A stretch of DNA of 64,000 nucleotides. Origin: an uncultured Acidobacteriota bacterium (GTDB lineage: Bacteria; Acidobacteriota; Vicinamibacteria; Vicinamibacterales; UBA8438). Numbering within the stretch: position 1 is the first letter of the stretch; the number at the start of each line of letters is the position of its first letter. Positions 9,218 through 18,049 of this stretch are shown piece after piece. Made by a program: the position numbers and the translations under genes. The notes beneath the pieces were generated by a model. The model was not told the DNA's origin. It worked only from the letters and a program-made list of their open reading frames with translations, and ran no database searches. The stretch covers positions 115,698 through 179,697 of the forward strand of contig CAJWLU010000006.1 of the NCBI GenBank assembly GCA_913043225.1, in the 5' to 3' direction.

Positions 9218-9796
9218 ATGCGTATTCGCTTGGGTTTGCGGTTAACCTGTCTGATGCTACTGACCACCGCGCCGGTGGTGGCGCAGGACTACGGCGCCAG
9301 CGGCGACGTTCCTTACGCCCCCACGCCTCCCGAAGTGATTGATGCAATGATGGAACTGGGTCGCGTCGACAGCACCGATCTTGTCTATGACCTTGGCTGT
9401 GGAGACGGGCGGATCGTCATCGCGGCCGCCCGGGATCGTGGCGCAAGGGGTGTGGGCTACGATATCAACCCCGAGAGAATCGAAGAAGCGACCGCCAATG
9501 CGAAGGAAGCAGGTGTCCAGGATCGGGTCCGTTTTGTCGAGGGGAATCTGTTCGACGCCGACATCGGCGAGGCCAGCGTGGTCGTGCTGTACCTGCTGAC
9601 AAGCGTCAACCTCGAACTGCGCCCGAAGCTATGGCAGGACTTAAAGCCTGGCACGCGCGTGGTCTCGCACCTGTTCGGCATGGGTGACTGGGAGCCGGAC
9701 AAAGAGGTGAACATCAGGGGCCGCAGGGTCTTTGTCTGGACGATTCCTGAGGACGCAGCCGAGCGGGCCGAGGCCGAGCTCAGCGCCGCGCAGTAG
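9218..9796 (+). CDS. Class I SAM-dependent methyltransferase with N-terminal signal-like peptide
   Basis: DVPYAPTP, VYDLGCGDGRIV, LYLL, LKPGTRVVSHLF. Confidence 0.88.
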   Translation: MRIRLGLRLTCLMLLTTAPVVAQDYGASGDVPYAPTPPEVIDAMMELGRVDSTDLVYDLGCGDGRIVIAAARDRGARGVGYDINPERIEEATANAKEAGVQDRVRFVEGNLFDADIGEASVVVLYLLTSVNLELRPKLWQDLKPGTRVVSHLFGMGDWEPDKEVNIRGRRVFVWTIPEDAAERAEAELSAAQ

Positions 9797-10182
9797 GACG
9801 CCGGCCCGATTCGGAACTCAAGCGTACGCCTGCCACGTCCCTGCCCCCCCATCGACAGGCCGGATCAGGCCGGGCTCCGCCGCGCAGACACATTCTGGGG
9901 GGATCGGCGCGCCTGGCGAGGCCTCCGCCTGGATATCTCGGCTGCTCGATCAGCAGGCTGTCTCGATGACAGCGGTTGGAAGCCTCGCTCATGGTATGAG
10001 TAGGCCGATCAAGGCGCCGAGTCCGCCGGTCATCGGGTTAAAGCGGACACACTAGCGCAGCACGCCTACGTGACAAGACCTCGTGAGATCCCAGCGAGTT
10101 GTCTGGTTCTCAGCTAGAATGAGCCCGTCGGCTGGGGGTTGGCTGCACGGGCACGTCTCGCACCCAGTCACGGAGGAGAGCC

Positions 10183-11280
10183 ATGATGCGCGCCCCCATC
10201 CTGACCGCGTTGTTCCTGTCGTTACTCGTCCCGACTGCGCAGGCGCAGATTCCCGCCGAGACGGTAGGCAGCGAGACAATGGCCCCACCGGCAGACAACT
10301 GGTTCATTTCGAAATCTAGTACAGCTGGTTATATCTATGACGCTGAGACAGGAGAGATGCAGGGCCTGCTCTCCCTGAGCAATCGGACGGCGGCCGTCGA
10401 GGTCTCACGTGAGCGCGGTGAGTTTTATGCCGCAGAAGGGTACTACTCGCGTGGCGTGCACGGAGAGCGCAGCGACATTGTTGCCGTCTATGATTTTGAG
10501 AATCTGTCTCCAATTGCAGAGATCGAGATTCCACAGAAGATAGAAGGGCAGCCGCTACGCCGGCATGCGGGTCTTACCGGGAACGGACGCTACTTTTTAG
10601 TCTTCAATATGACACCAGCGCAGTCTGTGACTGTGGTCGATGTTGAGAATCGCACCTTTGTCGGGGAGGTCTCGACACCGGGCTGCGCCGTCATCATGCC
10701 GGTCGACGACTTGGCGTTCATGACGATCTGCGGCGACGGCATGTTACAACTGATCCAGCTGGGTGAAGATGGACGCGAAACGAGCCGTGTTCGTGGGGAC
10801 AGGTTCTTCGACGTGCAGATTGATCCTGTATTCGATCGACCTGAACCGACAGCGGGCGGTTGGTGGCTCGTGTCGTACGAGGGGAAAGCATTCGACGTGT
10901 CGGTTGACGGGACCGACATCGTGGTCAGTGAAGCATGGGACTTACTGGCCGGGGACGACCAGTGGCGTCCTGGAGGACGCCAGTTTTACGGCGTGCATGC
11001 GCCGAGTGGCTACGCTTACGTTCTGATGCACCAAGGCGGCGAATATACGCACTACCAGCCGGGGACGGAGATCTGGGTGTATGACATCAATGCGCAACGA
11101 CGTGTCGAGCGAATCGAACTCGCGGCGCCGGCGAGTAGTCTGTTCGTGACGCAAAGCGACGAGCCGAAACTGATCGTTCCAGACCAGGAGGGTGGCCTGC
11201 ACGTGTACGATGCCGTCAAACTCACGGTCGACCGGACGATCGACAATCCTGGTCCACTTGGGTTTATCCAAGGGTTCTAA
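10183..11280 (+). CDS. mauB: TTQ amine dehydrogenase large (heavy) subunit
   Basis: Signal peptide; YYSRGVHGERSD, FNMTPAQSVTVVD, TPGC, ICGDG, WRPGG, LMH...GTEIWVYD; first gene of mauBEDA. Confidence 0.9.
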   Translation: MMRAPILTALFLSLLVPTAQAQIPAETVGSETMAPPADNWFISKSSTAGYIYDAETGEMQGLLSLSNRTAAVEVSRERGEFYAAEGYYSRGVHGERSDIVAVYDFENLSPIAEIEIPQKIEGQPLRRHAGLTGNGRYFLVFNMTPAQSVTVVDVENRTFVGEVSTPGCAVIMPVDDLAFMTICGDGMLQLIQLGEDGRETSRVRGDRFFDVQIDPVFDRPEPTAGGWWLVSYEGKAFDVSVDGTDIVVSEAWDLLAGDDQWRPGGRQFYGVHAPSGYAYVLMHQGGEYTHYQPGTEIWVYDINAQRRVERIELAAPASSLFVTQSDEPKLIVPDQEGGLHVYDAVKLTVDRTIDNPGPLGFIQGF

Positions 11281-11847
11281 GTGGTGGCGGGGCCGTTTCT
11301 CCTGCAGTTTGCATCGCTAGGGTTCGCGCTGCTGTTTCTTCTTGCAGCGGTCCATAAGCTGACGAGGCTTGAAGAGTTCCAGGCGGCGGTGCGCGACTAC
11401 CGGATCATTCCGTCTGGTCTCGTGCCGGTGCTCGCTCGGCTGTTTCCGATCGTGGAAGTGTGCCTCGTTGTTGGTTGGTTGTTTGCATTTCAGATTCAGG
11501 TCGTGGCCTATGCCAGCGCGGGTTTGCTCGCCACGTATGGGCTGGCAATGGGGATTAACCTTGGCCGAGGGCGTGTTCACATTGGATGTGGGTGTGGTTT
11601 TGGCGGGGCGTTGCAGCGGGAGCAACACCTGTCAGTTAGTTTGGTGTTACGGAACTTTGGACTAGCGTGTGCCGCGTTGCTCGCCACGCTGCCGGGGCCG
11701 CAACGAGAGCTTGGTGTGGGGGAGCACGTGATGGTCGTGTGCGCCGTTGTGGTGGGCGCTCTTCTGTACGCGACCGCCGGTCAGCTATCTCAGAACAGTG
11801 TAGCTATTAAGGCTTGGCGCAAAGGGCTAGAGGCGGTCCGTGACTGA
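11281..11847 (+). CDS. mauE: MauE/DoxX family membrane protein
   Basis: Hydrophobic; AAVHKL, INLGRGRVHIGCGCG, LVLRN; operon context. Confidence 0.9.
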   Translation: MVAGPFLLQFASLGFALLFLLAAVHKLTRLEEFQAAVRDYRIIPSGLVPVLARLFPIVEVCLVVGWLFAFQIQVVAYASAGLLATYGLAMGINLGRGRVHIGCGCGFGGALQREQHLSVSLVLRNFGLACAALLATLPGPQRELGVGEHVMVVCAVVVGALLYATAGQLSQNSVAIKAWRKGLEAVRD

Positions 11848-12487
11848 TCCGCTGCTGATCTCCAACCTCGTGCTCTGGATACTGGTAATGGCACTTGCTG
11901 TGGTGGTGCTTGCGTTGGCCAGACAGGTTGGTATCTTGCATGAGCGGGTAGCGCCTGCTGGGGCGCTGCAGCCGACCGAGGGTCCGAAAGTAGGGGAAGC
12001 CACAGAAGTGATGGCGTTGCAGGACCTTAGTGGCAATCCAGTAACGGTCGGTGGTCCTGATGTGAACGGACTCGCGACGTTGGTCCTGTTTATATCGCCG
12101 ACGTGCCCCGTATGTCGTTCCATTGTGCCAACGGCGATGTCGTTAGCAAACAGTGAACGACGCCGGATGCGGCTGGTCTTTGCAAGTGATGGCGACAAGC
12201 CGGAGCAGCACGTGGCCTATGCGGCAGATTTAGACCTTGGCGGTTATCCCTACACCCTGTCACAGACGTTGGGGATGAGTTACCACGTCAGCAAACTTCC
12301 ATTTGCCGTGCTCATCGGTGCCGACGGCACGTTGAAGAGCAAGGGATTGGTCAATAGCCGAGAACATCTTGAAAGCTTGATCGAAGCGATGGACATGCAG
12401 ATTGCCACGGTGCAAGAGTACGTACGCATGGCCACGGTCGATAGCGACGAGGAACGTAGCGCCTCGGCGAAGGAGCAGGCCTCATGA
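11840..12487 (+). CDS. mauD: Amine dehydrogenase accessory thioredoxin-like protein
   Basis: LARQVGILHERVAPAGAL, FISPTCPVC, SKLPFAVL, KGLVNSREHLESL. Confidence 0.93.
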   Translation: MTDPLLISNLVLWILVMALAVVVLALARQVGILHERVAPAGALQPTEGPKVGEATEVMALQDLSGNPVTVGGPDVNGLATLVLFISPTCPVCRSIVPTAMSLANSERRRMRLVFASDGDKPEQHVAYAADLDLGGYPYTLSQTLGMSYHVSKLPFAVLIGADGTLKSKGLVNSREHLESLIEAMDMQIATVQEYVRMATVDSDEERSASAKEQAS

Positions 12488-13026
12488 GCAGACCCCAGGT
12501 CATCCCCAACGGGTACTACTGGCTCGACCAAACCGCTCGCGCGAGTTTTCGCTTGCTGGCACGCCGTATCTCACGGCGCAGCTTCCTGGGACGACTCGGG
12601 GCGATGTTGGTCGGCGCGGCAGCGCTCCCATTGCTTCCGGTCGCTCGAGCGTTTGCCCAGGAAACTCCCACTGAAGTGGGGGATTCGAAGACGTGTGAGT
12701 ACTGGCGCTACTGCGCGCTTGGGGGCACCCTGTGTGCTTGCTGCGGCGGCACGCATAAGACGTGTCCGCCGGGTGCGGAAGCCTCGCCGATTACGTGGGT
12801 TGGAACCTGTCGCAACGGGGCTGACGAACGGGACTACCTGATCTCTTATAACGATTGTTGTGGCAAGGCAGTATGCGCGCGCTGCGGTTGCAACCGCACG
12901 GAACGAGACAAACCTGTGTACTTCCCGAGCAACAGCAACAACGTTCTCTGGTGTTTCGGCACAGAGGCCCGCACGTATCACTGCACCGTTGCTGTGGTGC
13001 TTGGAGAGGCACCTGAGGCTAACTGA
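12484..13026 (+). CDS. mauA: TTQ amine dehydrogenase small (light) subunit
   Basis: Tat motif SRRSFLG; CEYWRYC, CPPG, SPITWVGTC (first TTQ Trp), YNDCCG, VLWCFG (second Trp), YHCT. Confidence 0.95.
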   Translation: MSRPQVIPNGYYWLDQTARASFRLLARRISRRSFLGRLGAMLVGAAALPLLPVARAFAQETPTEVGDSKTCEYWRYCALGGTLCACCGGTHKTCPPGAEASPITWVGTCRNGADERDYLISYNDCCGKAVCARCGCNRTERDKPVYFPSNSNNVLWCFGTEARTYHCTVAVVLGEAPEAN

Positions 13027-13436
13027 TGGCGCTGGCACTCGCGCTGGCAGTGTTATTGCTCTCTGGTGTTGTTGATGCAGCAGATGACGCGCAAGCGAGA
13101 TATCTGTTGCACTGCCGTGGCTGCCATCTCGCGAATGGGACGGGCGTACCACCAGATGTGCCAACGTTGGTTGATGAGATCGGTCGCCTTGTGGCCACGC
13201 CGGTTGGACGAGAGTATGTCGTGCGCGTGCCGGGAGTGTCCCAGGCCGCACTGGACGACGAAGGTCTTGCCAGTCTCTTGAATTGGATACTCGAGACGTT
13301 TAATGCCGACACGTTGCCGGCGAACTTTCGACCCTATTCTGCCGGTGAGATTACTGAGGCAAGAAAGAAAGTATTGGCAGACCCACTGACGTATCGCCGT
13401 GCGTTGCGGCTGGATGGAACGAGAGCACCGAATTAA
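13026..13436 (+). CDS. Monoheme c-type cytochrome associated with the mau cluster
   Basis: Signal peptide, CRGCH, GREYVVRVPGV; start overlaps the mauA stop. Confidence 0.85.
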   Translation: MALALALAVLLLSGVVDAADDAQARYLLHCRGCHLANGTGVPPDVPTLVDEIGRLVATPVGREYVVRVPGVSQAALDDEGLASLLNWILETFNADTLPANFRPYSAGEITEARKKVLADPLTYRRALRLDGTRAPN

Positions 13437-14620
13437 CGTTCCGAGAAGGCCTCATACCGTTGGTCGGTGAGAGTCTCAAGGAACGCGACTAACGCCCGTG
13501 CTTGCCTGGCACTGATGGGTTGACCGGTGCGTAAGAGGTCGTAGTCGATGGTGTCGGGGACTTCCGGGGGTCTCCAGGGCATGGCAGTTTCGGGATTGAT
13601 CTGACTGTTCGGATTGCCCATGGTGTACCTGTTGTAATAAAGGACGACTGTGAGCAGGTCGTCGAAGACACCGTTGTGCATATAGGGGCCGGTCACAGCG
13701 ACATTACGTAAACTGGGCACGCGGAATTGACCTGCGACGGCCGGGTCGTCAACGGACGGATTCTGCAACAATCCGGTGTCGGTATGCCTTGACGGCAGAC
13801 CGTTGCGTGCTCGCACCACGGTGTTCGTTGGGATGCCGATGTTGTGGTAGCGGTAGTTAGTGAAGGTTTCTCCGGCCGTGAATTCCTTGGTCTCTAGCAA
13901 GTGGCAGCGGTGGCAATTGGTGAGCTGCGAGAAGAAGAACACCCGCCCAAGCTCCTCTTCTTTCGTTAGGGCATACTCGCCTTTGAGATACCGGTCGTAT
14001 TTCGAATCGAACGGGCGAAAACGCGCTGTCTGCTCAAATGCTGCGATGCTTTCACTCATGGCCTGAAAGGCACCTTCCACAGTGTCAAACACCTGATCGC
14101 CGTAAATCTCTTCAAGTAACAAGACATGCGACGGAGTTTCCTGCACGCGTGCCACAGCGGTGCCAATGTCTGGCAACGCCATTTCGAGAGGATTGGTGAA
14201 GGGTTCGGCTATTTGGTCGATGAGGGTCGCCGCACGACCGTCTCGAAAGAAGCCCCCGACGTAATTACCGTCCTCGCTGCGCTGGAACCTCGGAATAAGC
14301 GAGGCATACGTGAGTGAGGGTGCATTACGGTCGCCGAGGGAGAGGCCGTCGTCGCCGAGGGAGACGGCGCCGCCTAGATCACCGTCGCGGCCGTCTGAGA
14401 ATGCCACAGTCGGATCGTGGCAGGTGGAGCAGGATTGGTTGCGATTAAGAGAGAGATTGGTATCTACGAAAAGCGCTGCCCCCAGTGCTTCGCGTTCGTC
14501 GGCTGCGGATGCGACATGGCAGGAAAAGAACAGGCTAGCACCCACAAGGAGGCAAGGCGCTCCCTTCCGCAGGTGCTGTCTGGTTGAGTACGCAAGCGGA
14601 ATAACGCGAGTGCTCCACAT
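13433..14620 (-). CDS. mauG: Diheme cytochrome c peroxidase superfamily protein, MauG-type
   Basis: CSTCH and CHRCH; GDRNAPS; FRVPSLRNVAVTGPYMHNGVF; MauG-like C-terminus YNRY...INPET..PW..PEV...LVAFLETLTDQRYE. Start uncertain. Confidence 0.85.
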   Translation of the reverse strand: MWSTRVIPLAYSTRQHLRKGAPCLLVGASLFFSCHVASAADEREALGAALFVDTNLSLNRNQSCSTCHDPTVAFSDGRDGDLGGAVSLGDDGLSLGDRNAPSLTYASLIPRFQRSEDGNYVGGFFRDGRAATLIDQIAEPFTNPLEMALPDIGTAVARVQETPSHVLLLEEIYGDQVFDTVEGAFQAMSESIAAFEQTARFRPFDSKYDRYLKGEYALTKEEELGRVFFFSQLTNCHRCHLLETKEFTAGETFTNYRYHNIGIPTNTVVRARNGLPSRHTDTGLLQNPSVDDPAVAGQFRVPSLRNVAVTGPYMHNGVFDDLLTVVLYYNRYTMGNPNSQINPETAMPWRPPEVPDTIDYDLLRTGQPISARQARALVAFLETLTDQRYEAFSER

Positions 14621-14624
14621 GATG

Positions 14625-14700
14625 TGGCGTCCCCAACGGGATTCGAACCCGTGTCTCAGCCTTGAAAGGGCTGGATCCTAGGCCTCTGGACGATGGGGAC
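14625..14700 (-). tRNA. tRNA-Glu (anticodon TTC)
   Basis: GTCCCCA...CT-TTC-AA...GGTTCGAATCC...TGGGGACGCCA; 76 nt with encoded CCA. Confidence 0.96.
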
Positions 14701-14784
14701 GCTTCGGCGAGCGCAGCACATGATTCGGATAGAACAGGTGCGAATCAGTGTGTTCAGCCGCTCAGTATAGGCGAAGGCATCCTG

Positions 14785-15228
14785 ATGCGTCGACCCTTCC
14801 TTACTGGTCTGGTTTGTGGGTTGCTTGTGACGGCCGCGGAACCCTCGGCCCGGCAGGATGGTACGGTGACCCTGCAGATTCACGTTACCGACATCACCCA
14901 CACGAATGGCTCGGCAGGTATCGCGCTGTGGGCTGGGGAGAAGGGCTTCCCCGAGGGGATAGAGCGCGCCCTTCGCACGATCTATGTGCCAGTCGTGGAT
15001 GGGCAGGCGCGTGCGACGTTTGAGGACCTGGAGCCGGGAGATTACGCGGTCACGGTGTTCAACGATAAGGATCAGGACGAAGAGTTCGATAGGAACTGGC
15101 TCGGGGTGCCGCGAGAGTCGTGGGGAGTCTCGAACAACGTCCGCCCTCGATTGAGGGCGCCTCGATACGACGAAGCGGTGTTCAGCGCTTCCGGCGGTTG
15201 CCAGGTTGTCGCGATCGCGATTGAGTGA
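14785..15228 (+). CDS. DUF2141 family secreted protein
   Basis: PGDYAVTVFNDKD...NWLGVPRESWGVSNN...APRYDEA. Confidence 0.85.
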   Translation: MRRPFLTGLVCGLLVTAAEPSARQDGTVTLQIHVTDITHTNGSAGIALWAGEKGFPEGIERALRTIYVPVVDGQARATFEDLEPGDYAVTVFNDKDQDEEFDRNWLGVPRESWGVSNNVRPRLRAPRYDEAVFSASGGCQVVAIAIE

Positions 15229-16691
15229 CGGAGGAACGATTGCGGGTTCGGGTACGAGGGCTCTCGGTACTGTTTCCAGTGGGCCGCCTGATGTCCACAG
15301 TCACCCTGTCCCGTACGCAGTTCGCGGTTTCTGTGGCGTGCTTTGTCTGGCTCGTATGGCTCAGAACAGACAACATTACACAGAGCTTCTGGCTATTTGG
15401 CGACCAGATCCTTTTCTGGAGCACCGCCCTGCTGCCGTTGCATGAACAGCCATTAGCTGGGCCAGAGCAGCATGTCGGAGGCTACGCGCTTGGGCCTGGA
15501 TACAACTGGTTCGTGTGGCTTAGTCGGGTGACGTTCGGGCCGTTCTACGAGAACCTCCCGCATGCGGGAGCGATCTTTCAGGTTCTTGTGCATTCGGCGG
15601 TCGACGCCTTCCTCCTCTGGGCACTCTGGCGTAAGACGGGGTCGCCGTGGCTGGCGAGCGTCACATTATTGCTGGTGACGACGGCACCGTACGATCTCGC
15701 GCTGTCAGCGACGCTATGGAATCCGAGCCTGGCCTCTGCGGCGATCAAGGGAGCCACGGCGCTTGTGCTTCTGGGCTGGTCTGAGGGTGGACTAATCCGG
15801 GTTGGAATCGTGGCGGGGATTGCGTGGGTGTCATTGCATTTTCATGTGCCAGCGGTGTTCTGTGTAGCTGGAGTGTTTATCGCCCTGGTGGCCACCCCGT
15901 TGGTGTGCCGCGACTACCGAGCACTGGCGCGGCGTATTGGCGCGATTGGGGCCACTGTGGCCCTGCTCCAGGTTCCGTACTTCGTACACCGCCTGACAGC
16001 ACATCCTGACACGGAGGCCGGGGGCGCCGCAGTTGCTGGGAGCTTGGCGCAAGTGCTGGGTGGTGCGGCTTCGATTCGCTTCGTCGAGAGTGCGCGAGGA
16101 TTCGGTCGCGCGGTCGATCGGATCCAACTCGACCCGTGGAACGTTGGCTGGATCGGTTGGATTGTGCTCGTGGCGGCGGTAGCCATGGTGATTCGCCATC
16201 GTGATGACCCTCCGCTGCTTGGAGTGACGGTGGGGCCGATCATTGCTTCGATTGTGGGTTACGCGTTTTGGGTTGGTACGTTTGATGAGTACTACTACCT
16301 GCCGCAAATGACCGCCGTGGTCCTCACCGTCTTGATCGGGCTGAGCGGACTGGCCGGACCGAGTGTGGGTCGATGTCTTGGGGTTGGGATGCTGGTGTTG
16401 GCCTTGGGAATCTTGCCAGCTCGAGTGCAGCAATCACGAACCATTCACCGGATGCCAGAGTATGCGGCGTTGGTGGAAGGGTCTCGGCAGATCGTGCGGC
16501 GTGGGGCGCCGGTGAGGGCGATCCGTGCTGACTTTCTCCCGCTGGGCGCAAACCCCGAGTACCTCTTTCAGGTTTTGGGTGGTCGACTAGAGCGGAATGG
16601 TGAGTGGGTGGCCAGCATCGCTGACGACGGGGTGGTCTCTTACGAGCGTGTATTGGATGGTCGCGCTGGGGGCGAGCCGACGACACGCTGA
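15225..16691 (+). CDS. Multi-pass membrane protein, possibly GT-C/ArnT-like glycosyltransferase
   Basis: Many TM segments; GDQ, PLAGP, LGPGY, LWNPS. Start uncertain. Confidence 0.6.
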   Translation: MTEERLRVRVRGLSVLFPVGRLMSTVTLSRTQFAVSVACFVWLVWLRTDNITQSFWLFGDQILFWSTALLPLHEQPLAGPEQHVGGYALGPGYNWFVWLSRVTFGPFYENLPHAGAIFQVLVHSAVDAFLLWALWRKTGSPWLASVTLLLVTTAPYDLALSATLWNPSLASAAIKGATALVLLGWSEGGLIRVGIVAGIAWVSLHFHVPAVFCVAGVFIALVATPLVCRDYRALARRIGAIGATVALLQVPYFVHRLTAHPDTEAGGAAVAGSLAQVLGGAASIRFVESARGFGRAVDRIQLDPWNVGWIGWIVLVAAVAMVIRHRDDPPLLGVTVGPIIASIVGYAFWVGTFDEYYYLPQMTAVVLTVLIGLSGLAGPSVGRCLGVGMLVLALGILPARVQQSRTIHRMPEYAALVEGSRQIVRRGAPVRAIRADFLPLGANPEYLFQVLGGRLERNGEWVASIADDGVVSYERVLDGRAGGEPTTR

Positions 16692-16911
16692 GAAGCAGTG
16701 GTGGGCAGTCTGGGTGAATGTTCTGGCGCTGTTAGACCGCTAAGCTGATCGAATGCTTCAGTCGTATCCGTTCGGGCAGAACAGCCACGAGAGCAGTAAG
16801 ACACGTCTCGCCCCAACGCTCTCTGTCTTTGGATACCTAGATCTTGGTAGAGCTCGCGCTCTGGCGGCGTGACCTAGCACAGCCTGCCCTATTTCACTGA
16901 GTTAAATTGGC

Positions 16912-17871
16912 ATGCCGGAGAACTTTTGTCGTCCCTTTAACTGTGCGTTATTGAGCAGCGCCGCGTTCTTGCTCGCATACCTGCTTTTTTCCTCGACGGG
17001 AGCCATTGCCTCACTTGAGCCGGGGCTTATGGTGGGCGGCGCCTCACGTTGGTGTGAAACTGTCTCGGACGGCATGTTTCGGGAGCCCTCAAATGCCTTA
17101 AGCAACATCGGTTTCATGATCTCCGGCCTCGTCATGTTCAGGGTGCTGTCATCGGAGACCACCAGGAAACGGCAGGCATTCTACGGAATTAGGAAGACCA
17201 CCGCACTGTATGCGGCGGCGGTCGTGTGTCTGGGGCCAGGTTCCATGTTGATGCATGGTACGCACACTGACTGGGGGAGGTGGGCTGACAACCTAAGCAT
17301 GGTCGCCTTTATCGTCTTTCCCTGGTTGTACAACCTGCGCTGCATGGCCGGGTGGAGCGAGAATAGATTTCTGGGCATCTATGCGATTGTCGTCCTGAGC
17401 TATGCCGGAACGCGCTGGTTTTTTGGCGATGATTTAGGTATCGGCTTAGACCTCTTCGGGCTCTCCATCGGACTCTGGGTCATTTCAGAGTGCTTGCACC
17501 GCTTCTGGTCCCAGGCATTCAGACTGACGTCTGGCCTCGTCGGGTTTGTCGTAGCGGCCGCTTTCGGATTCTCCCCCCTGAAGATCGCCCAGGATCCGAT
17601 ATCGTTCTGGTGGGTGGTGTTGTTCTGGGTCCCGGCGGTGTTCGCCAAGGACGCGCCGGTTACGACGAGAATCTACACGCCTTGGTTCTTTCTGGGAGTC
17701 TCTACCTATGTTGTAGCCTTCTTGATATGGCTTAATCAGTGGTCAGTCTTTCTTTGTCGCCCTGATTCGTGGTTTCAGCCTCATGCTGTGTGGCACGTAC
17801 TCGCAGCCGTATCCACATGGTTCTTTTTTCTCTTTTTTAGGACGGAGACAGGCGCTCGTGAAATGCCGTGA
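16912..17871 (+). CDS. Ceramidase/CREST-superfamily membrane hydrolase
   Basis: WCE...FREPSNALSN, GSMLMHGT, WADNLSM, QPHAVWHVL. Confidence 0.82.
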   Translation: MPENFCRPFNCALLSSAAFLLAYLLFSSTGAIASLEPGLMVGGASRWCETVSDGMFREPSNALSNIGFMISGLVMFRVLSSETTRKRQAFYGIRKTTALYAAAVVCLGPGSMLMHGTHTDWGRWADNLSMVAFIVFPWLYNLRCMAGWSENRFLGIYAIVVLSYAGTRWFFGDDLGIGLDLFGLSIGLWVISECLHRFWSQAFRLTSGLVGFVVAAAFGFSPLKIAQDPISFWWVVLFWVPAVFAKDAPVTTRIYTPWFFLGVSTYVVAFLIWLNQWSVFLCRPDSWFQPHAVWHVLAAVSTWFFFLFFRTETGAREMP

Positions 17872-18049
17872 GAGCGACGAACCGCGGGCCCGCGAGTGGG
17901 ACGCGGTACATCCGATGCCTCAGCATTCCTGGGCGTGAACGACCGCAGTGAATCCTTGCCTTTCAGGTGCGTTAACAGCGCATTGAAGCAGCTCTTGAAC
18001 AGCAGTAGGATCGACACCTTAATTGCATTCTCTGAACCGAGGTGGCTCG

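Larger units (their letters stand above)
8655..14646. mobile_element. tRNA-Glu-anchored genomic island remnant (no integrase visible) carrying a methyltransferase and the mau cluster
   Basis: Bounded by 22-bp direct repeats equal to the tRNA 3' end. Confidence 0.7.

Noticed and set aside
12504..12513. ccccaacggg match to the att core in mauA (similar short match in der near 61035)
   Set aside because: Only about 10 bp, inside intact coding sequence; expected by chance.
16698..16720. tggtggg...ctggg as a possible tRNA-Lys att duplicate
   Set aside because: Identity beyond 7 bp is too weak to support.
16764..16836. gtatcc...ggatac bounded imperfect palindrome
   Set aside because: Short outer repeat, single copy, no recognisable family.
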